From NCBI RefSeq assembly GCF_009914755.1, contig NC_060948.1: a stretch of 64,000 nucleotides of DNA; one strand, given 5' to 3'. The notes under the pieces were generated by a model, which had not been told where the DNA came from, did not search any database, and was given only the letters and a program-made list of their open reading frames with translations. Both the position numbers and the translations under genes were made by a program. This document shows, piece after piece, positions 10,907-25,214 of the stretch. The first letter of the stretch is position 1; each line of letters opens with the position of its first letter. Source of the DNA: the human T2T-CHM13v2.0 reference genome, Homo sapiens.

Positions 10907-13900
10907 ATGGAATCAAATCAATGGAATCAAATCAAATGGAATGGAAAGGAATTGAATGGAGTAGATGGGATTGGATGGGATTGGAATGAAATGTACTGGA
11001 AAGGACTCGAATTTCATGAAACGGAATGGAATGAATTGGAACGGAATGGACTCGAATGGAATGGAATGTCATGGGATGGCATCAAATGGAATGGCATCAA
11101 ATGGAATGGAATCGAATGCAATGGAATGCTATGGAATGGAATGGAATGCATTGGAATGGAATGTCCTCTAATGGAATGGATTCGAGTGGAATGGAATTGA
11201 ATATAATGGAGTCGAATGAAATGGAATTGAAATGAATGGGATCGAATACAATGGAACATACTGGAATGTAATGTAATGAACTCGAATGTAATTGACTGGA
11301 ATGGAATGTACATGAATGGAATGTAATCGAATGGAAAGTAATCCAATGGAATAGAATCTAATGCAATAAAATCGACTCAGATAGAGTAGAATGTAATGGA
11401 ATGGAGTGCAGTGCAATGGAATGGAATGGAATGGAATGCAATGGAATGGAATGGAATGGAATGGAATGGAATGGAATGGGATGGAATGGTATGGAATGGA
11501 TAGTAATGGACTGGAGTGAAATGGACTGGAAAGGAATGGACTCAAATTGAAAGGGCTCGAAAGGAATGGAGTCAAATGGAATTGTCTGGAATGGAATGAA
11601 CACGAATGTAATGCAACCCAATAGAATGGAATCGAATGGCATGGAATATAAAGAAATGGAATCGAAGAGAATGGAAACAAATGGAATGGAATTGAATGGA
11701 ATGGAATTGAATGGAATGGGAACGAATGGAGTGAAATTGTATGCAGTAGAAGAGAATAGAATGGAATGCAAGCGAAAGGAAAGGAATGGATTGGAATGGA
11801 ATGGAATTCATTGGAATGGAAGGGAATGTAGTGTAATGGACAGGCCTGGAATAAAGTGGAATGCTACGGTCTCGAATGGAATAAAAATGTATGGAATGGA
11901 ATGCAATGAAACGGAATCGAATGTCATAGAATGTAATGGAATGCAAAAAAATGGAATCCAAAATCATTGACTGGAAAGGCTGGGTGTCGAAAGGAATTGA
12001 CTCCAATGGAATGGAATCGAATGGAATGGAAGTGAATAGAATCGAACTAAATCGAATGGAATGGAATTGATAGGAACGGAATGGAAAGGAATGCAATGAT
12101 TTGGCATGGAATGGAATCGAATGGCATCGAATGGAATGGAATGGAATGCAATGGAATGGAATGTATTAGAATGTAATGAACTTTAATGGAATGTACTCGA
12201 ATGGATTCGACTGGAATGGAATGTTCTGGAAGTGAATGGACTCCAATGGAATGGATTCAAAAGGAATGGAATCGTACGGAATGGAATCTAATGGAATGGA
12301 ATTAAATGGAAATGAATCAAATTGAATAGCACGGAATTGAATTGAATGGAATGGAATGCAATGGAATCTAATGAAAAGGAAAGGAAAGGAATGGAATGGA
12401 ATGGAAAGGGCTGGAATGGAAAGGAATCGAAACGAATGGAATGGAATCCAAGTGAAGAGACTGGAATGGAATGCACTGGAATGGAAGGGAGTGTAATGGA
12501 AGGTTCTCGAAAAAAATGGAATCGAATGGAATGGAATTGAATGGAACGGAATAGAGTCGAATGGAATTGAATGGAATGGAATGGACTAGAGTGAAATGGA
12601 ATCGAACCACAAGGAATGGACAGGAATAGAATGGTCTCGAATTGAATGGAATCGTATGGAATGGCATCAAACGGAATGGAATGGACAGCCACGGAATGGA
12701 ATGCACTCGAATGCAATGGAGTCGAAACTAACGGACTGGAATAGAATGGACTCGACTGGTACGGACTCCAATGGAATGGAATCGAATGGAAGGGAATCGA
12801 ACGGAAGGGAATCGAACGGAATGGACTCGAAGGGAAAAGACTGCAATGGAAAGGTCTCGAATGGAATGGAAATTAATGGAATGGAATGGAGTCGAATGAA
12901 ATGGAGTCAAAAGGAATGGAATCGAATGGCAAGAAATCGAATGTAATGGAATCGCAAGGAATTGATGTGAACGGAACGGAATGGAATGGAATCCAAAGGA
13001 ATGGAATAGAATGGAATGGAATCGAATGGAAAGGACTCGAATGGAAATCACTCGAATAGAATGCAATTTAATAAAATAGGATCAAATGTAATGGAATGGA
13101 ATGGAAAGGAATCGAAACGAAAGGAATGGAGACAGATGGAATGGAATGGAACAGAGAGCAATGGTATAGAATGGAATGGAATCATCTGGAATGGAATTGA
13201 ATGGAATGGAATAATATGAAATGGAATGGAATGGAATGGAATGGAATGCCCTTGAATTAAATGGACTGGAATGGAATGGACTCAAACAGAGTGGAATGGA
13301 AAGTGAGGAGATAGAATGGAATGAACTCCTTTGGAATGGTCTAGTAGGCAATGCAATCGACTGGCAGGGAATCAAAAGGAATGTCATCGAATGGATTGGA
13401 CTGGAATGCAATGGACTCGAATAGATTGGAAACGGAATGCAAAGAATGGAATGGAATAGTATGGAATGGAATGGAAAGGAATGGAGTGGAACAGACTAGA
13501 GTGGAATGGAATGGACTGGAAAGCAATGGACTGGAATGGAACTTTCTTGAATGGACTGGAATCAAACGGAATGGAATGCAATGCAATCAAATGGCATGGA
13601 ATAAAATAGAATGAAAGAGAATCAAATGGAATTGAATCGAATGGAATCGAATGGATTGGAAAGGAATAGAATGGAATGGAATGGAATTGACTCAAATGGA
13701 ATGGACTAGAATGGAATGGATTCGAATGGAAGGCAAAGAAATGGAATCTATTGGAATGGACTGTAATGGAATGGAATGGAAGGGATTGGAATGGACTCGA
13801 ATGGAATGGACTGCAATAGAAAGGATTCGAATGGAATGAAAAAGAATTGAATGGAATAGAACAGAATGGAATCAAATCGAATGAAATGGAATGGAATAGA

Positions 13901-14479
13901 AAGGAATGGAATGAAATGGAATGGAAAGGATTCGAATGGAATGCAATCGAATGGAATGGAATCGAACGGAATGGAATAAAATGGAAGAAAACTGGCAAGA
14001 AATGGAATCGAAATGAATGGAGTGTTATGGAACGGACTCAAAAGGAATTGAATGTAATAGAATGGAGTGGAGTGGACTCGAATATAATGGACTGGAATGG
14101 AATGAAATCACATGGAATGGGAACGAATGGAATGGAATGGAAAGGAATGGAATCGAATGGAAAGGAATCGAATGGAAGGGAATGAAATTGAATCAACAGG
14201 AATGGAAGGGAATAGAATAGACGGTAATGGAATGGACTCGAATAGAATGGACACGAATGCTCAAATTAAATGGACTCGAATGGAATGGAAACGAAAGGAA
14301 TGTCATCGAATGGAATTGAATCGATTGGAATGAAATCGCATAGAATGGAGTGGAATCAAATGGAATTGAATCGAAAGGAAAGGAAGCGAATGGACTGAAA
14401 TGAAATGGAATGGAATTGAATGGAAAGTAATGCAATGGAATAGAATGGAACGAAATTTCACGGAATGGAATCAAACTGA
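10907..14479 (+). repeat. DYZ1 unit 4 (3573 bp)
   Basis: Anchors 10907 and 14480. Confidence 0.9.
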
Positions 14480-17400
14480 ATGGAATCAAATCAATGGAAT
14501 CAAATCAAATGGAATGGAAAGGAATTGAATGGAGTAGATGGGATTGGATGGGATTGGAATGAAATGTACTGGAAAGGACTCGAATTTCATGAAACAGAAT
14601 GGAATGAATTGGAACGGAATGGACTCGAATGGAATGGAATGTCATGGGATGGCATCAAATGGAATGGCATCAAATGGAATGGAATCGAATGCAATGGAAT
14701 GCTATGGAATGGAATGGAATGCATTGGAATGGAATGTCCTCTAATGGAATGGATTCGAGTGGAATGGAATTGAATATAATGGAGTCGAATGAAATGGAAT
14801 TGAAAGGAATGGGATCGAATACAATGGAATATACTGGAATGTAACGTAATGAACTCGAATGTAATTGACTGGAATGGAATGTACATGAATGGAATGTAAT
14901 CGAATGGAAAGTAATCCAATGGAATAGAATCTAATGCAATAAAATCGACTCAGATAGAGTAGAATGTAATGGAATGGAGTGCAGTGCAATGGAATGGAAT
15001 GGAATGGAATGCAATGGAATGGAATGGAATGGAATGGAATGGAATGGGATGGAATGGTATGGAATGGATAGTAATGGACTGGAGTGAAATGGACTGGAAA
15101 GGAATGGACTCAAATTGAAAGGGCTCGAAAGGAATGGAGTCAAATGGAATGGTCTGGAATGGAATGAACACGAATGTAATGCAACCCAATAGAATGGAAT
15201 CGAATGGCATGGAATATAAAGAAATGGAATCGAAGAGAATGGAAACAAATGGAATGGAATTGAATGGAATGGAATTGAATGGAATGGGAACGAATGGAGT
15301 GAAATTGTATGCAGTAGAAGGGAATAGAATGGAATGCAAGCGAAAGGAAAGGAATGGATTGGAATGGAATGGAATTCATTGGAATGGAAGGGAATGTAGT
15401 GTAATGGACAGGCCTGGAATAAAGTGGAATGCTACGGTCTCGAATGGAATAAAAATGTATGGAATGGAATGCAATGAAACGGAATCGAATGTCATAGAAT
15501 GTAATGGAATGCAAAAAAATGGAATCCAAAATCATTGACTGGAAAGGCTGGGTGTCGAAAGGAATTGACTCCAATGGAATGGAATCGAATGGAATGGAAG
15601 TGAATAGAATCGAACTAAATCGAATGGAATGGAATTGATAGGAACGGAATGGAAAGGAATGCAATGATTTGGCATGGAATGGAATCGAATGGCATCGAAT
15701 GGAATGGAATGGAATGCAATGGAATGGAATGTATTAGAATGTAATGAACTTTAATGGAATGTACTCGAATGGATTCGACTGGAATGGAATGTTCTGGAAG
15801 TGAATGGACTCCAGTGGAATGGATTCAAAAGGAATGGAATCGTACGGAATGGAATCTAATGGAATGCAATTAAATGGAAATGAATCAAATTGAATAGCAC
15901 GGAATTGAATTGAATGGAATGGAATGCAATGGAATCTAATGAAACGGAAAGGAAAGGAATGGAATGGAATGGAATGGGCTGGAATGGAAAGGAATCGAAA
16001 CGAATGGAATGGAATCGAACTGAAGAGACTGGAATGGAATGCACTGGAATGGAAGGGAGTGTAATGGAAGGTTCTCGAAAAAAAAGGAATCGAATGGAAT
16101 GGAATTGAATGGAACGGAATAGAGTCGAATGGAATTGAATGGAATGGAATGGACTAGAGTGAAATGGAATCGAACCACAAGGAATGGACAGGAATAGAAT
16201 GGTCTCGAATTGAATGGAATCGTATGGAATGGCATCAAACGGAATGGAATGGACAGCCACGGAATGGAATGCACTCGAATGCAATGGAGTGGAAACTAAT
16301 GGACTGGAATAGAATGGACTCGACTGGTACGGACTCCAATGGAATGGAATCGAATGGAAGGGAATCGAACGGAAGGGAATCGAACGGAATGGACTCGAAG
16401 GGAAAAGACTGCAATGGAAAGGTCTCGAATGGAATGGAAATTAATGGAATGGAATGGAATCGAATGAAATGGAGTCAAAAGGAATGGAATCGAATGGCAA
16501 GAAATCGAATGTAATGGAATCGCCAGGAATTGATGTGAACGGAACGGAATGGAATGGAATCCAAAGGAATGGAATAGAATGGAATGGAATCGAATGGAAA
16601 GGACTCGAATGGAAATCACTCGAATAGAATGCAATTTAATAAAATAGGATCAAATGTAATGGAATGGAATGGAAAGGAATCGAAACGAAAGGAATGGAGA
16701 CAGATGGAATGGAATGGAACAGAGAGCAATGGTATAGAATGGAATGGAATCATCTGGAATGGAATTGAATGGAATGGAATAATATGAAATGGAATGGAAT
16801 GGAATGGAATGGAATGCCCTTGAATTAAATGGACTGGAATGGAATGGACTCAAACAGAGTGGAATGGAAAGTGTGGAGATAGAATGGAATGAACTCCTTT
16901 GGAATGGTCTAGTAGGCAATGCAATCGACTGGCAGGGAATCAAAAGGAATGTAATCGAATGGATTGGACTGGAATGCAATGGACTCGAATAGATTGGAAA
17001 CGGAATGCAAAGAATGGAATGGAATAGTATGGAATGGAATGGAAAGGAATGGAGTGGAACAGACTAGAGTGGAATGGAATGGACTGGAAAGCAATGGACT
17101 GGAATGGAACTTTCTTGAATGGACTGGAATCAAACGGAATGGAATGCAATGCAATCAAATGGCATGGAATAAAATAGAATGAAAGAGAATCAAATGGAAT
17201 TGAATCGAATGGAATCGAATGGATTGGAAAGGAATAGAATGGAATGGAATGGAATTGACTCAAATGTAATGGACTAGAATGGAATGGATTCGAATGGAAG
17301 GCAAAGAAATGGAATCTATTGGAATGGACTGTAATGGAATGGAATGGAAGGGATTGGAATGGACTCGAATGGAATGGACTGCAATAGAAAGGATTCGAAT

Positions 17401-18047
17401 GGAATGAAAAAGAATTGAATGGAATAGAACAGAATGGAATCAAATCGAATGAAATGGAATGGAATAGAAAGGAATGGAATGAAATGGAATGGAAAGGATT
17501 CGAATGGAATGCAATCGAATGGAATGGAATCGAACGGAATGGAATAAAATGGAAGAAAACTGGCAAGAAATGGAATCGAAATGAATGGAGTGTTATGGAA
17601 CGGACTCAAAAGGAATTGAATGTAATAGAATGGAGTGGAGTGGACTCGAATATAATGGACTGGAATGGAATGAAATCACATGGAATGGGAACGAATGGAA
17701 TGGAATGGAAAGGAATGGAATCGAATGGAAAGGAATCGAATGGAAGGGAATGAAATTGAATCAACAGGAATGGAAGGGAATAGAATAGACGGTAATGGAA
17801 TGGACTCGAATAGAATGGACACGAATGCTCAAATTAAATGGACTCGAATGGAATGGAAACGAAAGGAATGTCATCGAATGGAATTGAATCGATTGGAATG
17901 AAATCGCATAGAATGGAGTGGAATCAAATGGAATTGAATCGAAAGGAAAGGAAGCGAATGGACTGAAATGAAATGGAATGGAATTGAATGGAAAGTAATG
18001 CAATGGAATAGAATGGAACGAAATTTCACGGAATGGAATCAAACTGA
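14480..18047 (+). repeat. DYZ1 unit 5 (3568 bp)
   Basis: Anchors 14480 and 18048. Confidence 0.9.
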
Positions 18048-21000
18048 ATGGAATCAAATCAATGGAATCAAATCAAATGGAATGGAAAGGAATTGAATGG
18101 AGTAGATGGGATTGGATGGGATTGGAATGAAATGTACTGGAAAGGACTCGAATTTCATGAAACGGAATGGAATGAATTGGAACGGAATGGACTCGAATGG
18201 AATGGAATGTCATGGGATGGCATCAAATGGAATGGCATCAAATGGAATGGAATCGAATGCAATGGAATGCTATGGAATGGAATGGAATGCATTGGAATGG
18301 AATGTCCTCTAATGGAATGGATTCGAGTGGAATGGAATTGAATATAATGGAGTCGAATGAAATGGAATTGAAAGGAATGGGATCGAATACAATGGAATAT
18401 ACTGGAATGTAACGTAATGAACTCGAATGTAATTGACTGGAATGGAATGTACATGAATGGAATGTAATCGAATGGAAAGTAATCCAATGGAATAGAATCT
18501 AATGCAATAAAATCGACTCAGATAGAGTAGAATGTAATGGAATGGAGTGCAGTGCAATGGAATGGAATGGAATGGAATGCAATGGAATGGAATGGAATGG
18601 AATGGAATGGAATGGAATGGAATGGAATGGAATGGGATGGAATGGTATGGAATGGATAGTAATGGACTGGAGTGAAATGGACTGGAAAGGAATGGACTCA
18701 AATTGAAAGGGCTCGAAAGGAATGGAGTCAAATGGAATGGTCTGGAATGGAATGAACACGAATGTAATGCAACCCAATAGAATGGAATCGAATGGCATGG
18801 AATATAAAGAAATGGAATCGAAGAGAATGGAAACAAATGGAATGGAATTGAATGGAATGGAATTGAATGGAATGGGAACGAATGGAGTGAAATTGTATGC
18901 AGTAGAAGGGAATAGAATGGAATGCAAGCGAAAGGAAAGGAATGGATTGGAATGGAATGGAATTCATTGGAATGGAAGGGAATGTAGTGTAATGGACAGG
19001 CCTGGAATAAAGTGGAATGCTACGGTCTCGAATGGAATAAAAATGTATGGAATGGAATGCAATGAAACGGAATCGAATGTCATAGAATGTAATGGAATGC
19101 AAAAAAATGGAATCCAAAATCATTGACTGGAAAGGCTGGGTGTCGAAAGGAATTGACTCCAATGGAATGGAATCGAATGGAATGGAAGTGAATAGAATCG
19201 AACTAAATCGAATGGAATGGAATTGATAGGAACGGAATGGAAAGGAATGCAATGATTTGGCATGGAATGGAATCGAATGGCATCGAATGGAATGGAATGG
19301 AATGCAATGGAATGGAATGTATTAGAATGTAATGAACTTTAATGGAATGTACTCGAATGGATTCGACTGGAATGGAATGTTCTGGAAGTGAATGGACTCC
19401 AATGGAATGGATTCAAAAGGAATGGAATCGTACGGAATGGAATCTAATGGAATGGAATTAAATGGAAATGAATCAAATTGAATAGCACGGAATTGAATTG
19501 AATGGAATGGAATGCAATGGAATCTAATGAAACGGAAAGGAAAGGAATGGAATGGAATGGAATGGGCTGGAATGGAAAGGAATCGAAACGAATGGAATGG
19601 AATCGAACTGAAGAGACTGGAATGGAATGCACTGGAATGGAAGGGAGTGTAATGGAAGGTTCTCGAAAAAAATGGAATCGAATGGAATGGAATTGAATGG
19701 AACGGAATAGAGTCGAATGGAATTGAATGGAATGGAATGGACTAGAGTGAAATGGAATCGAACCACAAGGAATGGACAGGAATAGAATGGTCTCGAATTG
19801 AATGGAATCGTATGGAATGGCATCAAACGGAATGGAATGGACAGCCACGGAATGGAATGCACTCGAATGCAATGGAGTGGAAACTAATGGACTGGAATAG
19901 AATGGACTCGACTGGTACGGACTCCAATGGAATGGAATCGAATGGAAGGGAATCGAACGGAAGGGAATCGAACGGAATGGACTCGAAGGGAAAAGACTGC
20001 AATGGAAAGGTCTCGAATGGAATGGAAATTAATGGAATGGAATGGAATCGAATGAAATGGAGTCAAAAGGAATGGAATCGAATGGCAAGAAATCGAATGT
20101 AATGGAATCGCCAGGAATTGATGTGAACGGAACGGAATGGAATGGAATCCAAAGGAATGGAATAGAATGGAATGGAATCGAATGGAAAGGACTCGAATGG
20201 AAATCACTCGAATAGAATGCAATTTAATAAAATAGGATCAAATGTAATGGAATGGAATGGAAAGGAATCGAAACGAAAGGAATGGAGACAGATGGAATGG
20301 AATGGAACAGAGAGCAATGGTATAGAATGGAATGGAATCATCTGGAATGGAATTGAATGGAATGGAATAATATGAAATGGAATGGAATGGAATGGAATGG
20401 AATGCCCTTGAATTAAATGGACTGGAATGGAATGGACTCAAACAGAGTGGAATGGAAAGTGTGGAGATAGAATGGAATGAACTCCTTTGGAATGGTCTAG
20501 TAGGCAATGCAATCGACTGGCAGGGAATCAAAAGGAATGTAATCGAATGGATTGGACTGGAATGCAATGGACTCGAATAGATTGGAAACGGAATGCAAAG
20601 AATGGAATGGAATAGTATGGAATGGAATGGAAAGGAATGGAGTGGAACAGACTAGAGTGGAATGGAATGGACTGGAAAGCAATGGACTGGAATGGAACTT
20701 TCTTGAATGGACTGGAATCAAACGGAATGGAATGCAATGCAATCAAATGGCATGGAATAAAATAGAATGAAAGAGAATCAAATGGAATTGAATCGAATGG
20801 AATCGAATGGATTGGAAAGGAATAGAATGGAATGGAATGGAATTGACTCAAATGTAATGGACTAGAATGGAATGGATTCGAATGGAAGGCAAAGAAATGG
20901 AATCTATTGGAATGGACTGTAATGGAATGGAATGGAAGGGATTGGAATGGACTCGAATGGAATGGACTGCAATAGAAAGGATTCGAATGGAATGAAAAAG

Positions 21001-21635
21001 AATTGAATGGAATAGAACAGAATGGAATCAAATCGAATGAAATGGAATGGAATAGAAAGGAATGGAATGAAATGGAATGGAAAGGATTCGAATGGAATGC
21101 AATCGAATGGAATGGAATCGAACGGAATGGAATAAAATGGAAGAAAACTGGCAAGAAATGGAATCGAAATGAATGGAGTGTTATGGAACGGACTCAAAAG
21201 GAATTGAATGTAATAGAATGGAGTGGAGTGGACTCGAATATAATGGACTGGAATGGAATGAAATCACATGGAATGGGAACGAATGGAATGGAATGGAAAG
21301 GAATGGAATCGAATGGAAAGGAATCGAATGGAAGGGAATGAAATTGAATCAACAGGAATGGAAGGGAATAGAATAGACGGTAATGGAATGGACTCGAATA
21401 GAATGGACACGAATGCTCAAATTAAATGGACTCGAATGGAATGGAAACGAAAGGAATGTCATCGAATGGAATTGAATCGATTGGAATGAAATCGCATAGA
21501 ATGGAGTGGAATCAAATGGAATTGAATCGAAAGGAAAGGAAGCGAATGGACTGAAATGAAATGGAATGGAATTGAATGGAAAGTAATGCAATGGAATAGA
21601 ATGGAACGAAATTTCACGGAATGGAATCAAACTGA
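18048..21635 (+). repeat. DYZ1 unit 6 (3588 bp)
   Basis: Anchors 18048 and 21636. Confidence 0.9.
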
Positions 21636-24600
21636 ATGGAATCAAATCAATGGAATCAAATCAAATGGAATGGAAAGGAATTGAATGGAGTAGATGGGAT
21701 TGGATGGGATTGGAATGAAATGTACTGGAAAGGACTCGAATTTCATGAAACGGAATGGAATGAATTGGAACGGAATGGACTCGAATGGAATGGAATGTCA
21801 TGGGATGGCATCAAATGGAATGGCATCAAATGGAATGGAATCGAATGCAATGGAATGCTATGGAATGGAATGGAATGCATTGGAATGGAATGTCCTCTAA
21901 TGGAATGGATTCGAGTGGAATGGAATTGAATATAATGGAGTCGAATGAAATGGAATTGAAAGGAATGGGATCGAATACAATGGAATATACTGGAATGTAA
22001 CGTAATGAACTCGAATGTAATTGACTGGAATGGAATGTACATGAATGGAATGTAATCGAATGGAAAGTAATCCAATGGAATAGAATCTAATGCAATAAAA
22101 TCGACTCAGATAGAGTAGAATGTAATGGAATGGAGTGCAGTGCAATGGAATGGAATGGAATGGAATGCAATGGAATGGAATGGAATGGAATGGAATGGAA
22201 TGGAATGGAATGGAATGGAATGGGATGGAATGGTATGGAATGGATAGTAATGGACTGGAGTGAAATGGACTGGAAAGGAATGGACTCAAATTGAAAGGGC
22301 TCGAAAGGAATGGAGTCAAATGGAATGGTCTGGAATGGAATGAACACGAATGTAATGCAACCCAATAGAATGGAATCGAATGGCATGGAATATAAAGAAA
22401 TGGAATCGAAGAGAATGGAAACAAATGGAATGGAATTGAATGGAATGGAATTGAATGGAATGGGAACGAATGGAGTGAAATTGTATGCAGTAGAAGGGAA
22501 TAGAATGGAATGCAAGCGAAAGGAAAGGAATGGATTGGAATGGAATGGAATTCATTGGAATGGAAGGGAATGTAGTGTAATGGACAGGCCTGGAATAAAG
22601 TGGAATGCTACGGTCTCGAATGGAATAAAAATGTATGGAATGGAATGCAATGAAACGGAATCGAATGTCATAGAATGTAATGGAATGCAAAAAAATGGAA
22701 TCCAAAATCATTGACTGGAAAGGCTGGGTGTCGAAAGGAATTGACTCCAATGGAATGGAATCGAATGGAATGGAAGTGAATAGAATCGAACTAAATCGAA
22801 TGGAATGGAATTGATAGGAACGGAATGGAAAGGAATGCAATGATTTGGCATGGAATGGAATCGAATGGCATCGAATGGAATGGAATGGAATGCAATGGAA
22901 TGGAATGTATTAGAATGTAATGAACTTTAATGGAATGTACTCGAATGGATTCGACTGGAATGGAATGTTCTGGAAGTGAATGGACTCCAATGGAATGGAT
23001 TCAAAAGGAATGGAATCGTACGGAATGGAATCTAATGGAATGGAATTAAATGGAAATGAATCAAATTGAATAGCACGGAATTGAATTGAATGGAATGGAA
23101 TGCAATGGAATCTAATGAAACGGAAAGGAAAGGAATGGAATGGAATGGAATGGGCTGGAATGGAAAGGAATCGAAACGAATGGAATGGAATCGAACTGAA
23201 GAGACTGGAATGGAATGCACTGGAATGGAAGGGAGTGTAATGGAAGGTTCTCGAAAAAAATGGAATCGAATGGAATGGAATTGAATGGAACGGAATAGAG
23301 TCGAATGGAATTGAATGGAATGGAATGGACTAGAGTGAAATGGAATCGAACCACAAGGAATGGACAGGAATAGAATGGTCTCGAATTGAATGGAATCGTA
23401 TGGAATGGCATCAAACGGAATGGAATGGACAGCCACGGAATGGAATGCACTCGAATGCAATGGAGTGGAAACTAATGGACTGGAATAGAATGGACTCGAC
23501 TGGTACGGACTCCAATGGAATGGAATCGAATGGAAGGGAATCGAACGGAAGGGAATCGAACGGAATGGACTCGAAGGGAAAAGACTGCAATGGAAAGGTC
23601 TCGAATGGAATGGAAATTAATGGAATGGAATGGAATCGAATGAAATGGAGTCAAAAGGAATGGAATCGAATGGCAAGAAATCGAATGTAATGGAATCGCC
23701 AGGAATTGATGTGAACGGAACGGAATGGAATGGAATCCAAAGGAATGGAATAGAATGGAATGGAATCGAATGGAAAGGACTCGAATGGAAATCACTCGAA
23801 TAGAATGCAATTTAATAAAATAGGATCAAATGTAATGGAATGGAATGGAAAGGAATCGAAACGAAAGGAATGGAGACAGATGGAATGGAATGGAACAGAG
23901 AGCAATGGTATAGAATGGAATGGAATCATCTGGAATGGAATTGAATGGAATGGAATAATATGAAATGGAATGGAATGGAATGGAATGGAATGCCCTTGAA
24001 TTAAATGGACTGGACTCGAACAGAGTGGAATGGAAAGTGTTGAGATAGAATGGAATGGACTCCTTTGGAATGGTCTAGTATGCAATGCAATCGACTGGCA
24101 GGGAATCAAAAGGAATGTAATCGAATGGATTGGACTGGAATGCAATGGACTCGAATAGATTGGAAACGGAATGCAAAGGAATGGAATGGAATAGTATGGA
24201 ATGCAATGGAAGGGAATGGAGTGGAATAGACTAGAGTGGAATGGAATGGACTGGAAAGCAATGGACTGGAATGGAACTTTCTTGAATGGACTGGAATCAA
24301 ACGGAATGGAATGCAATGCAATCAAATGGCATGGAATAAAATAGAATGAAAGAGAATCAAATGGAATTGAATCGAATGGAATCGAATGGATTGGAAAGGA
24401 ATAGAATGGAATGGAATGGAATTGACTCAAATGGAATGGACTAGAATGGAATGGATTCGAATGGAAGGCAAAGGAATGGAATCTATTGGAATGGACTGTA
24501 ATGGAATGGAATGGAAGGGATTGGAATGGACTCGAATGGAATGGACTGCAATAGAAAGGATTCGAATGGAATGAAAAAGAATTGAATGGAATAGAACAGA

Positions 24601-25214
24601 ATGGAATCAAATCGAATGAAATGGAATGGAATAGAAAGGAATGGAATGAAATGGAATGGAAAGGATTCGAATGGAATGCAATCGAATGGAATGGAATCGA
24701 ACGGAATGGAATAAAATGGAAGAAAACTGGCAAGAAATGGAATCGAAATGAATGGAGTGTTATGGAACGGACTCAAAAGGAATTGAATGTAATAGAATGG
24801 AGTGGAGTGGACTCGAATATAATGGACTGGAATGGAATGAAATCACATGGAATGGGAACGAATGGAATGGAATGGAAAGGAATGGAATCGAATGGAAAGG
24901 AATCGAATGGAAGGGAATGAAATTGAATCAACAGGAATGGGAGGGAATAGAATAGACTGTAATGGAATGGACTCGAATAGAATGTACACGAATCCTCAAA
25001 TTAAATGGACTCGAATGGAATGGAAACGAAAGGAATGTCATCGAATGGAATTGAATCGATTGGAATGAAATCGCATAGAATGGAGTGGAATCAAATGGAA
25101 TTGAATCGAAAGGAAAGGAAGCGAATGGACTGAAATGAAATGGAATGGAATTGAATGGAAAGTAATGCAATGGAATAGAATGGAACGAAATTTCACGGAA
25201 CGGAATCAAACTGA
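21636..25214 (+). repeat. DYZ1 unit 7 (3579 bp)
   Basis: Spacing of MGLDG ORF starts 21694 and 25273. Confidence 0.9.
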
